64,000 nucleotides of DNA from Candidatus Omnitrophota bacterium (GCA_015231405.1 JADGBR010000001.1:91964-155963), one strand, 5' to 3'; positions 30,422 through 38,122 are shown, counted from the stretch's first letter. The notes: generated by a model from the letters alone, not told the origin. Translations and numbers: made by a program.

Positions 30422-30955
30422 ATGAATCTGCCGAATTCGATAACAGTGATAAGGATAATACTGGTGCCGGTATTCGTTCTTTTTATCCTGTATCATAAGC
30501 TGGAGATATCCTTCGCGATATTCATCGCGGCAGCGTTCACGGACGCGCTTGACGGGTATCTCGCCAGGACCCTCAAACAGAAAACAAAACTTGGAGCTTT
30601 CCTGGACCCTATCGCGGATAAACTGCTTGTCGGAAGCGCTTATTTCTGCTTCAGCCTGGTAAATGACCTGCCCCAATATGTCCGTATGCCGATATATGTG
30701 CCGCTTGTCGTGATAAGCCGCGATGTTCTGATCTTAATAGGATTCATGATAATTAATCTTCTCAAGGGTGAGATAGAGGTCAGGCCGACTATCCTGGGGA
30801 AATTAACTACTTTTTTCCAGATGCTCACGATAGGGGCGCTTCTAACGCGTTATGTCCATTCGAACATTATTTGGAACACGATGGTCGCTTTGACCATAAT
30901 ATCGGGCCTTGATTATCTAAGGATCGGGGCTAAAAAGGTGAATATCAATGGATAA
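30422..30955 (+). CDS. pgsA: CDP-alcohol phosphatidyltransferase (PgsA-like)
   Basis: NLPNSIT, TDALDGYLAR, GAFLDPIADK. Confidence 0.85.
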   Translation: MNLPNSITVIRIILVPVFVLFILYHKLEISFAIFIAAAFTDALDGYLARTLKQKTKLGAFLDPIADKLLVGSAYFCFSLVNDLPQYVRMPIYVPLVVISRDVLILIGFMIINLLKGEIEVRPTILGKLTTFFQMLTIGALLTRYVHSNIIWNTMVALTIISGLDYLRIGAKKVNING

Positions 30956-32294
30956 AGAATATCCCTCTGTTTGCATTGTCGGCAGGCCTAACGTAGGAAA
31001 ATCTTCTCTTTTTAACTGGTTCGCCGGAGAACGGAAAGCCGTTGTCCTTGAAGAGTCCGGCACGACCCGGGACAGGGTCGAGGCTGTCATTGAATTGTTC
31101 AGGAGAAAGGTGACGGTCTCGGACACAGGAGGGTATCTTCAGGAGGATACGGATAAAATGTCGGTAATGGTGAAGCAGCAGATCAGGAACGCTATCAAAG
31201 AGGCCGATGTCCTTATCATGGTGACCGACGCTCAGGCCGGCGTGGTCCCGGCGGATATTGAAATAGCGGCTATTATCAGGAAAGCGGATAAGCCGGTGAT
31301 CCTCGCCGTCAATAAGGCCGATAACCGGGCGCTGGATGCCGATTCGGTCGATTTCTTTCAATTGGGGCTTGGCGACCCTTTACCGGTATCATGCCTTCAC
31401 CGAAGGGGCATGGAGACGCTCAAGGAGGCGGTCCGGAAGGTCATGCCGGATGAGTTCGTGAGGTCGGATAACAACGATAAAAGTTCCATAAAAATAGCCG
31501 TAGTCGGCAGGCCCAATGTCGGGAAATCATCCTATATAAACTACATATTGAAAAGGGACAGGGTCATAGTCAGCGATATGCCTGGTACTACCAGGGATTC
31601 GGTCGATATTTTCTTCAATGACGGCAAGAACGACTATACGCTCATAGATACCGCGGGAATAAGGCATTCGAGGAAAATATTCCGGGCAGTCGACGTTTTC
31701 AGCATCATGAGGTCAAAGGGATCCATAAAAAGGGCCGATGTAGTGATATTTCTCCTGGACTCCGTTGACGGCGCGACGCATGACGATCTGGCTATATTAA
31801 GGTATATAATGGAGAACGGTAAAGCGTGTATCGTTATCATAAATAAATGGGACCTTGCCCGGGGGGTTGAGGATGTGGATCAGGAAGGATACCATGAAAG
31901 CCTGATCGCCGCGTCGCCCGTATTCAGGGTATTTCCCGTATTCTTTGTCTCTTCGGTATCAGGTAGGAACGTGATGAAAAGTTTCGCATCCGTAAAACAG
32001 CTGAACGATGCTCTTGACCGGGAATTCCAGACGTCTTCCCTGAACAAGATATTCGAAAAGAACGATCCCTCCAAAGTCCCAGTCCCCAGGAGCGATAAAA
32101 GGCCGAATTTCATGTATATTACGCAGACCGGAAAAAGACCTGTAGAGTTCACGTTCTTCGTGAATAGCGCCGGGGCAGTAACCCCCGGGCATCTTAGTTA
32201 TATCGAGAATGTTTTAAGGAAGAACGTTGAGCTTGAAGGGATACCAATATCCATTAAGATACGTGCGGCAAAAGAAAAAAAGGAGAGGAAGTGA
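30948..32294 (+). CDS. der: ribosome biogenesis GTPase Der
   Basis: Two GRPNVGKS G-domains, GTTRD, DTGG/DTAG, NKxD. Confidence 0.97.
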   Translation: MDKEYPSVCIVGRPNVGKSSLFNWFAGERKAVVLEESGTTRDRVEAVIELFRRKVTVSDTGGYLQEDTDKMSVMVKQQIRNAIKEADVLIMVTDAQAGVVPADIEIAAIIRKADKPVILAVNKADNRALDADSVDFFQLGLGDPLPVSCLHRRGMETLKEAVRKVMPDEFVRSDNNDKSSIKIAVVGRPNVGKSSYINYILKRDRVIVSDMPGTTRDSVDIFFNDGKNDYTLIDTAGIRHSRKIFRAVDVFSIMRSKGSIKRADVVIFLLDSVDGATHDDLAILRYIMENGKACIVIINKWDLARGVEDVDQEGYHESLIAASPVFRVFPVFFVSSVSGRNVMKSFASVKQLNDALDREFQTSSLNKIFEKNDPSKVPVPRSDKRPNFMYITQTGKRPVEFTFFVNSAGAVTPGHLSYIENVLRKNVELEGIPISIKIRAAKEKKERK

Positions 32295-32905
32295 TCATCT
32301 TAATTATTTTCGGCGTAGTACTGGCCTATTTGCTGGGGTCTTTGCCGACGGCGTATATATTCGGTAAAACACTGAAAAATATCGATATCAGGGAGCACGG
32401 GAGCGGCAATATGGGCGCGACCAATGTTTTCAGAACAGTCGGGAAAACTCCCGGGTTGATAGTTCTTGTCATCGATTTCCTGAAAGGGCTTTTAGCCGTC
32501 ACTATGATCCCGATCATCCTGAAAAGATTTATTCCTGCATACGCGGAAAATAGCGCGTGGATACTTATATTATTTGGGGTAGCCGTAATATGCGGCCACG
32601 TTTGGACTATATTCCTTAATTTCAAAGGGGGTAAAGGCGTCGCGACGACAGCCGGTGTCCTTGCCGGAATATCGCCGCTTATCCTGATCCTATGTCTGGC
32701 GGTTTTTTCGACGGTATTTTATATATGGAGATATGTTTCCCTTGGTTCGATAATTGCCGCGTTATTCCTCCCGATATTTGCAGTGATCTTCAATAACAAT
32801 ATCTACTATGTTTTATTTTGTTCGGGGTTAACGATACTCGCTATAATAAAGCATAGAGAGAATATCAGGCGGCTTATCAGGGGGGAGGAGAAGAGACTGA
32901 TATGA
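32291..32905 (+). CDS. plsY: glycerol-3-phosphate acyltransferase
   Basis: AYLLGS, GSGNMGATN, FKGGKGVAT, KHRENIRRL. Confidence 0.96.
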   Translation: MIILIIFGVVLAYLLGSLPTAYIFGKTLKNIDIREHGSGNMGATNVFRTVGKTPGLIVLVIDFLKGLLAVTMIPIILKRFIPAYAENSAWILILFGVAVICGHVWTIFLNFKGGKGVATTAGVLAGISPLILILCLAVFSTVFYIWRYVSLGSIIAALFLPIFAVIFNNNIYYVLFCSGLTILAIIKHRENIRRLIRGEEKRLI

Positions 32906-32987
32906 GAATGGTGTCTACGGGAATATAAAATACGATTTTAATCAGTTAACCCTGCCAAGTAAACAAAAAAAAAGCCAGTATTAATTC

Positions 32988-33016
32988 TTGATTTCACTTC
33001 CCTGGTGAAGTATAAT
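32988..33016 (+). promoter_or_regulatory. sigma70-type promoter
   Basis: TTGATT-17 nt-TATAAT in an AT-rich leader upstream of the 33104 ORF. Confidence 0.65.
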
Positions 33017-33103
33017 TAGTCTTGTTAACCAACTTAAAAGGAAAATAATAAATAAAATACTTTTACAAATCTTTAAAAAAGAACTAAAAAAAAGCAGGTT
33101 AAA

Positions 33104-33469
33104 ATGAAGCAACTAGTATACAAAACACTTGAGGGGAACAATCCAAGAAAAAAAGAAGTTTCGATACAGGAGATCGAAGATTGCGCCATAACTCAAGTGA
33201 AAAAAGAATGGACCTGCAAATATTTTGTAAAATCAACTCATGTCTCAAGATCTGAAGAGGACCTTAATAAATGGGTCTCAAGAAATAAAAAAAGCGATAA
33301 GAACGTGAAGAGTTGCCATCTGTTCAAGGAGATCGATACTGAGCGGAATACCACAAAAGTCGTATGTAAAGTTCTTGGCGAATTCTTCGCCATTACCGGT
33401 CTTACGGTAATAAAGATCGTTTATATCAATTCATTAAAAATATTCATGTCAAACACAAAGGGGAATTGA
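33104..33469 (+). CDS. hypothetical basic protein, 121 aa
   Basis: ORF with its own promoter, AT-rich, Lys-rich; no family recognised. Confidence 0.7.
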   Translation: MKQLVYKTLEGNNPRKKEVSIQEIEDCAITQVKKEWTCKYFVKSTHVSRSEEDLNKWVSRNKKSDKNVKSCHLFKEIDTERNTTKVVCKVLGEFFAITGLTVIKIVYINSLKIFMSNTKGN

Positions 33470-33470
33470 A

Positions 33471-33575
33471 GTGAAGGAATTATTGCGTTCATTCATGGTA
33501 TTTATGGCATTCGTAAAGCTCAGCATGATCAAGCTGCAATTATCCGATTGCGAGAATAAAGTACGGGCCAGATAA
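33471..33575 (+). CDS. possible 34-aa small protein
   Basis: GTG start after AAAGGGG; MKELLRSFMVFMAFVKLSMIKLQLSDCENKVRAR; not in the supplied ORF track. Confidence 0.3.
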   Translation: MKELLRSFMVFMAFVKLSMIKLQLSDCENKVRAR

Positions 33576-33655
33576 GCAGATAATTTGACGGGTTCGCAAA
33601 TCCCAGTCAATTACCTCCTGGACCTGAATGGTGTGTCGCCTTTCACGGTCAGGAC

Positions 33656-33690
33656 AAACGGAGATGGCGTAAGCCGTCTCCGTTTTTTTT
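33656..33690 (+). terminator. intrinsic terminator
   Basis: AAACGGAGATGGC-GTAA-GCCGTCTCCG followed by T8. Confidence 0.85.
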
Positions 33691-33818
33691 ACCCACTGAT
33701 GGATCTAGTCCAATTTCCCCTCTCCACTATCCACCAATTCTCCGAGCACTACCCATTATCAATTTTCAACCCAACCCGGTATCTCATCCACACACCTCAT
33801 TGATAGTGTAACAATTTA

Positions 33819-34295
33819 TGCTGACTTTCATCATGCGCGCGGCGAGGTGTGGACTTCCTCTTCAAGCCTTCCCCTGGGAATTTAACAACGACTTTAACAT
33901 GCCGTTTTTAGACCTTGCGCATTCACCCCTCCTCCGCCTTCGGATTCGGAGGATGAGCCGCAAGCAAGGAGGTTGTCATAAAAACGTCATGTAAAAGGCT
34001 AAAATTTCCAAAGGGGCCCCTTTGCTTAAAGAGGATATCCACACCTTGACCCTTCCCGTAATGAAAAATCCCAGGAATCTCCAGGTCTTTGCGAAAGGGG
34101 TGAGGGCGTGAAGGAGATGGGGTTCTTCGTAAGGCACTTTGCTGTCCCGATATCCAAAGTAGCCTTGTGCGTGGACCTTGCAAATGTTACAGCCGAGGAC
34201 ACAAACCCAACAAGAAGTTTGCAAAGTGCCTGTAGAAGGTTCCCATCTCCTTCACGCCATCGTCACGAGAAGCATGAAACTTTTGAAAGTCAGCA
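33819..34295 (+). ncRNA. candidate large structured ncRNA (~480 nt, unassigned family)
   Basis: Ends pair perfectly over 12 bp; three internal long hairpins; G-U pairs favour + strand; extended -10 TGnTAGTGT just upstream; no convincing ORF. Confidence 0.6.
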
Positions 34296-34338
34296 AGGTT
34301 CTTGACAGTATGGATCCCGATGGATCTCATTGATACTA

Positions 34339-34367
34339 TTGCGTAGCGGAATTGACGGTGATATACT
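34339..34367 (+). promoter_or_regulatory. promoter giving a leaderless XRE mRNA
   Basis: TTGCGT-17 nt-TATACT, then 6 nt to ATG 34374; no Shine-Dalgarno. Confidence 0.65.
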
Positions 34368-34373
34368 GACTCC

Positions 34374-34742
34374 ATGAGTTTTTCACGCAATCTTAGATCC
34401 GCCAGGATGAAGGCGGGAATGTCTCAGAAAGTTCTTGCGCTTGGATTGAAAGTGAAACAGTCCACGGTATCAAAATGGGAACAGGGGAAGAGGACTCCCG
34501 GAATGAAGAAGATATCCCTTATCGCCCAGTCGCTTAGAACTTCGATATCGAGCCTGGTAAAATATAAAAAGGAAAACGTTCTTTTATCCCATGACCTGGC
34601 AGTGAGACTCCTGGACCAGTTGAACGCGGCTTCGTTCATTGTCGAGCGCCTCATTAAGGGTGATACTCCTGACAGGGGTGTCCTGATCGCAGCTCAAAAA
34701 CAGATCAGGGACGCGGTAAAGATATTGAGGTCTTCAAGATGA
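34374..34742 (+). CDS. XRE/Cro-C1 family HTH transcriptional regulator
   Basis: NLRSARMKAGMSQKVLALGLKVKQSTVSKWEQGKRTP HTH_3 pattern plus helical C-terminus. Confidence 0.9.
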   Translation: MSFSRNLRSARMKAGMSQKVLALGLKVKQSTVSKWEQGKRTPGMKKISLIAQSLRTSISSLVKYKKENVLLSHDLAVRLLDQLNAASFIVERLIKGDTPDRGVLIAAQKQIRDAVKILRSSR

Positions 34743-36124
34743 GATATACCCTTAAACTCTTCACGATCGTCATAGCGTTAATATCGTTACAGCACTGGCA
34801 GGCCAGGGCCGAGGAGAGCGACAGAGATCTGGTGATGAAAGGAGCCGATCTCGCGCGAAAAGGGAGGTACGACGAGGCGGTGAACGAGATCGATAAGGCG
34901 CTTAAGCTCAATTCAGGGAACCCTGCGGCCTATTACATCAGGGGGGTAGCCTGTTTTTATCAGGGTAACACAAAAAAGGCGCTGGGAGATTTCGATAAGG
35001 CAATAGACCTGAACCGTAAATACGCTGACGCGTACAATGGAAGAGGACTTGCCCTCGCCTCCGCCGGTCTGGCGGATCGCGCCTTAGAGGATTTTAATAC
35101 GACTTTAGAGCTTGACCCAAAGAACGCTTCGGCGTACATGAACCGGGCTGTTACTTATTTTAAGAAGAAACAATATGAGAAAAGTATGGCGGACGTCAAA
35201 AAAGCCGAATCGCTTGGAGCTAAAGTTAATTCAAGGTTCCTTTCCGATCTGAATATTTCCGTTGCGATCGATAATTTAAGGACGTGGGCCTTTGGTTTTA
35301 AAGGCGGGATACAGTTAAACCGAAAAGGAGGAGTTATGGGAATTCTGATAGGTATCGCGATAGTCGTTATCGCTTTCTCTTTGAGGATAATCCAACAATA
35401 TGAGACAGGAGTGGTTTTCCAGCTTGGGCGGTATTCAAGGACGCTTCATCCCGGTTTGAATTTCATAATACCGGTAATAGAGCACGCAAGGGTGGTCGAT
35501 ATGAGGATATCGACACATGACATACCCGAGCAGCAGGTTATAACCAAAGACAATGTTCCGGTAGCTATTAACGGGGTCGTGTATTTCAAGGTAGAGAACG
35601 CGCAAACGGCGGTCATAAAGGTGCAGAATTACACGTACGCCGTTTCACAGTACGCGCAAGCCGCGCTTAGGGATGTGGTAGGCGGGATGACACTCGACGA
35701 CCTTCTGACGGAAAGACAGAAGATCGGCGAAAAGATCGAGGAGAGCATACAGAAAGAGGCGGCATCCTGGGGCTTGCTGGTAACGGCGATTAAACTCCAG
35801 GATGTAAATATGCCCGAGGACCTTAAAAAGATCATGTCCAGACAAGCTTCCGCTGAAAGGGAAAAAAGGGCCACGATAACAAAAGCCGAAGGCGATAAAA
35901 TGGCCGCTTTGAATCTCGCGGAAGCGGCAAAAACTATGGCGGCGTCTCCCGGCGCCATGCAGCTAAGAACGCTTCAGACTATCGACGGCCTTGGGCCAAG
36001 CCCCTCAAATACCGTAGTTCTAGCGGTGCCGGTAGATATACTCGAACTAGCTCGGGGGCTTAATATCCAATTTTCGGAAAATGCTCAAAAACAGGTCAAC
36101 GTTGCGGTTGAAAAAAGGTCTTGA
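34739..36124 (+). CDS. signal peptide + TPR repeats fused to SPFH/stomatin (slipin) domain; internal start at 35336
   Basis: TPR units (AYYIRG..A..DFDKAI, AYNGRG, AYMNRA); ITKDNV, ALRDVVG, QASAEREKRA, AMQLRTLQT; strong RBS AGGAGG before ATG 35336. Confidence 0.85.
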   Translation: MRYTLKLFTIVIALISLQHWQARAEESDRDLVMKGADLARKGRYDEAVNEIDKALKLNSGNPAAYYIRGVACFYQGNTKKALGDFDKAIDLNRKYADAYNGRGLALASAGLADRALEDFNTTLELDPKNASAYMNRAVTYFKKKQYEKSMADVKKAESLGAKVNSRFLSDLNISVAIDNLRTWAFGFKGGIQLNRKGGVMGILIGIAIVVIAFSLRIIQQYETGVVFQLGRYSRTLHPGLNFIIPVIEHARVVDMRISTHDIPEQQVITKDNVPVAINGVVYFKVENAQTAVIKVQNYTYAVSQYAQAALRDVVGGMTLDDLLTERQKIGEKIEESIQKEAASWGLLVTAIKLQDVNMPEDLKKIMSRQASAEREKRATITKAEGDKMAALNLAEAAKTMAASPGAMQLRTLQTIDGLGPSPSNTVVLAVPVDILELARGLNIQFSENAQKQVNVAVEKRS

Positions 36125-36195
36125 GTTTTACGAAGATCAGCATTATATTAATATAAGTTGTCATGTTTAATGATCTTATGTGGAAGGGGGGGGCG

Positions 36196-36822
36196 ATGAT
36201 GAGGAAAACAATATTTCTCGCGATTCAGATGCTGTTTATTTTTGGGAACGTCGCCTGTTTCGGTGCCGGACCTATCGAATTTGATTTTGAGCAGAGCGAG
36301 CAGACATGGTTCGTTCCGGATTGGGCGATCTCCCAGGATGATTGCGTCTGTAAGAACGCGATCCTCTCTGCAGTTCAGCCCTTTGAGGGTAAGCAATCCC
36401 TGGAGCTTCAATGCAAATTCCCGGGGAATAAATGGACCGGGGCCGTAGTGGAATTTGACGGTCAAATGGACCTGTCAGGATGCAAAGGGATAAGCGCCGA
36501 AGTGTATCTGCCCAAGGAAGTCAACAGTAATCTGCTTTTAGGACGGTTCTTTTTCACCGCCGGGGACAAATGGAGCTTTATAGAAAGCCGTAATACTACC
36601 CAGCTTAAACCCGGTGAATGGACCAAAATATCCGCGACATTTGATACCACCAACCCGAAAGGGACACCGAACTGGAAATTCAAGAGAGAACAGGGTAATC
36701 TTCAGGACAATATCAAGGATATACGCCGAGTTGGGGTTCGGATCGAATATAACGCGAATGAGTGGCAGGCCGGCGCTCCATATGAAGGTCCGGTGTATAT
36801 TGATAATGTCGTTATAGAATGA
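36196..36822 (+). CDS. exported carbohydrate-binding-module-like (beta-sandwich) protein
   Basis: Signal peptide; FDFE..W, DLSGCKGISAEVYLP, LKPGEWTKI, GPVYIDNV pattern typical of galactose-binding-like CBMs. Confidence 0.65.
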   Translation: MMRKTIFLAIQMLFIFGNVACFGAGPIEFDFEQSEQTWFVPDWAISQDDCVCKNAILSAVQPFEGKQSLELQCKFPGNKWTGAVVEFDGQMDLSGCKGISAEVYLPKEVNSNLLLGRFFFTAGDKWSFIESRNTTQLKPGEWTKISATFDTTNPKGTPNWKFKREQGNLQDNIKDIRRVGVRIEYNANEWQAGAPYEGPVYIDNVVIE

Positions 36823-36836
36823 CCGATGAAGAAATC

Positions 36837-36863
36837 GTAGGGGCGGGGTTCCCTCGCCCCTAT
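36837..36863. repeat. GTAG-type REP-like palindrome
   Basis: GTAGGGGCGGGGTTCCCTCGCCCCTAT; preceded by AAATC like the 2568 copy. Confidence 0.72.
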
Positions 36864-36905
36864 ATATGTGGAAGTTTTGATTTCACACGCTTTTATACGC
36901 CGCCA

Positions 36906-36934
36906 TTGACTCGCTTTCCGCGATATGCTACAAT
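36906..36934 (+). promoter_or_regulatory. sigma70-type promoter for gpsA
   Basis: TTGACT-17 nt-TACAAT with TG extension. Confidence 0.7.
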
Positions 36935-36952
36935 TCACATCTGTTTTATCAT

Positions 36953-37927
36953 ATGAAGATACTTGTCATAGGCGACGGAGGGTGGGGAACCGCCCTGTCA
37001 ATTTTGTTAAATAATAAAGGTCATAATGTGACCTTGTGGAGCTATTCTCCCGAATATGCGGATGTTCTTAGGAAGAAAAGGGAGAATGTAAAATTCCTTA
37101 AGGGGATCAGTATCCCGGGTAAAATAAAGATAACTTCGGAGCTCAAAAGAAAAGATATTTTTGACCTGGTCCTATTCGCTGTGCCTTGCGGTTATTTAAG
37201 TTCCGTTGCGGAAAAGTTCAGGGATTTCCCGTTCGGGAAGATCGTAAGCGCTACCAAAGGGATAGAGAACGGTTCGTTGAGAAGGCCTTCGGAGATACTC
37301 AAAAGCTATTATAAAAGAGCTTCGATAGCCGTTCTTTCCGGACCAAGCATTTCCGGAGAGGTAGCCAAAGGGTTCCCAGCGGCGCTTGTTCTGGCCGGAA
37401 AAGGGTTATTTCGTGAAGAGGCGCAGAAAGCTCTTTCGACCGACAGGTTCAGGGTCTACACTTCTGGAGATATCACGGGTGTCGAACTTGGCGGAGCGGT
37501 GAAGAATGTCGTAGCTATTGCAGCTGGAATATCTGATGGCCTCGGGTTCGGGACTAACACCAAGGCCGCTATATTGACAAGAGGCCTGGCTGAGATAGTA
37601 AGGCTTGGCGACACACTCGGAGCGAAAGAAGACACGTTCAAGGGATTAAGCGGGATAGGGGATCTGGCCACTACATGTATGAGCTCGAACAGCAGGAACA
37701 GGTGGTTTGGGGAACAGCTCGGCCTAGGGCGTAAGATCCAGGATATACTTGGAGAGACAGAGATGGCCGTAGAGGGGGTGCTGACCTCAAGATCTGTTAA
37801 CGAGCTAGCGGTAAAGCATTCAGTGGATATGCCTATAACGCGGAAGATATACGAAATTATTTACGAAGGCAAAGATCCGAAACGTGCGGTCTTTGAGTTG
37901 ATGACGCGTGAACTTAAGAGCGAATAA
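36953..37927 (+). CDS. gpsA: NAD(P)H-dependent glycerol-3-phosphate dehydrogenase
   Basis: GDGGWGTAL, ATKGIE, LSGPS, GGAVKNVVAIAAG, GIGDL, SRNR. Confidence 0.96.
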   Translation: MKILVIGDGGWGTALSILLNNKGHNVTLWSYSPEYADVLRKKRENVKFLKGISIPGKIKITSELKRKDIFDLVLFAVPCGYLSSVAEKFRDFPFGKIVSATKGIENGSLRRPSEILKSYYKRASIAVLSGPSISGEVAKGFPAALVLAGKGLFREEAQKALSTDRFRVYTSGDITGVELGGAVKNVVAIAAGISDGLGFGTNTKAAILTRGLAEIVRLGDTLGAKEDTFKGLSGIGDLATTCMSSNSRNRWFGEQLGLGRKIQDILGETEMAVEGVLTSRSVNELAVKHSVDMPITRKIYEIIYEGKDPKRAVFELMTRELKSE

Positions 37928-37931
37928 TAGC

Positions 37932-38009
37932 TTGATGGTTGTTAGTTGTTAGGTGACAGGGCTTGGTATCAACACTAACAGCTATAACCCAGAACCTAAA
38001 CCCTAACGG
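37932..38009. repeat. inverted heptamer array (TTGTTAG family)
   Basis: TTGATGG TTGTTAG TTGTTAG GTGACAG GGCTTGG (37932-37966); CTAACAG CTATAAC CCAGAAC CTAAACC CTAACGG (37975-38009). Confidence 0.88.
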
Positions 38010-38030
38010 TTCTATTATTTGAAATAGCGT

Positions 38031-38108
38031 CGGGATGTAGCGCAGTTTGGCTAGCGCACTAGTCTGGGGGACTAGGGGTCGCCGGTTCAAATCCGGCCAT
38101 CCCGACCA
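38031..38108 (+). tRNA. tRNA-Pro (GGG)
   Basis: Acceptor CGGGATG/CATCCCG, anticodon arm CTAGT-CTGGGGG-ACTAG, GGTTCAAATCC, encoded CCA. Confidence 0.95.
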
Positions 38109-38122
38109 TTTTGTTCATCAAG

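Noticed and set aside
32902-32928. MRMVSTGI mini-ORF overlapping the plsY stop as a remnant of the gpsA 5' end
   Set aside because: Only about 10 of 24 nt match the gpsA start; not distinguishable from chance
33851-33860. RNase P RNA (minus strand reads GAGGAAGTCC)
   Set aside because: The motif lacks an A, falls near the 3' end on that strand, has no matching 3' P4 motif, and G-U pairs favour the + strand
33819-34295. Retron, group II intron or omega-RNA assignment
   Set aside because: No reverse transcriptase, IscB or TnpB in the window, and no GUGYG or domain V signature seen
33585-34390. Short ORFs (65-86 aa) across the structured region
   Set aside because: Mutually overlapping, no recognisable protein features; the sequence is better explained by base pairing
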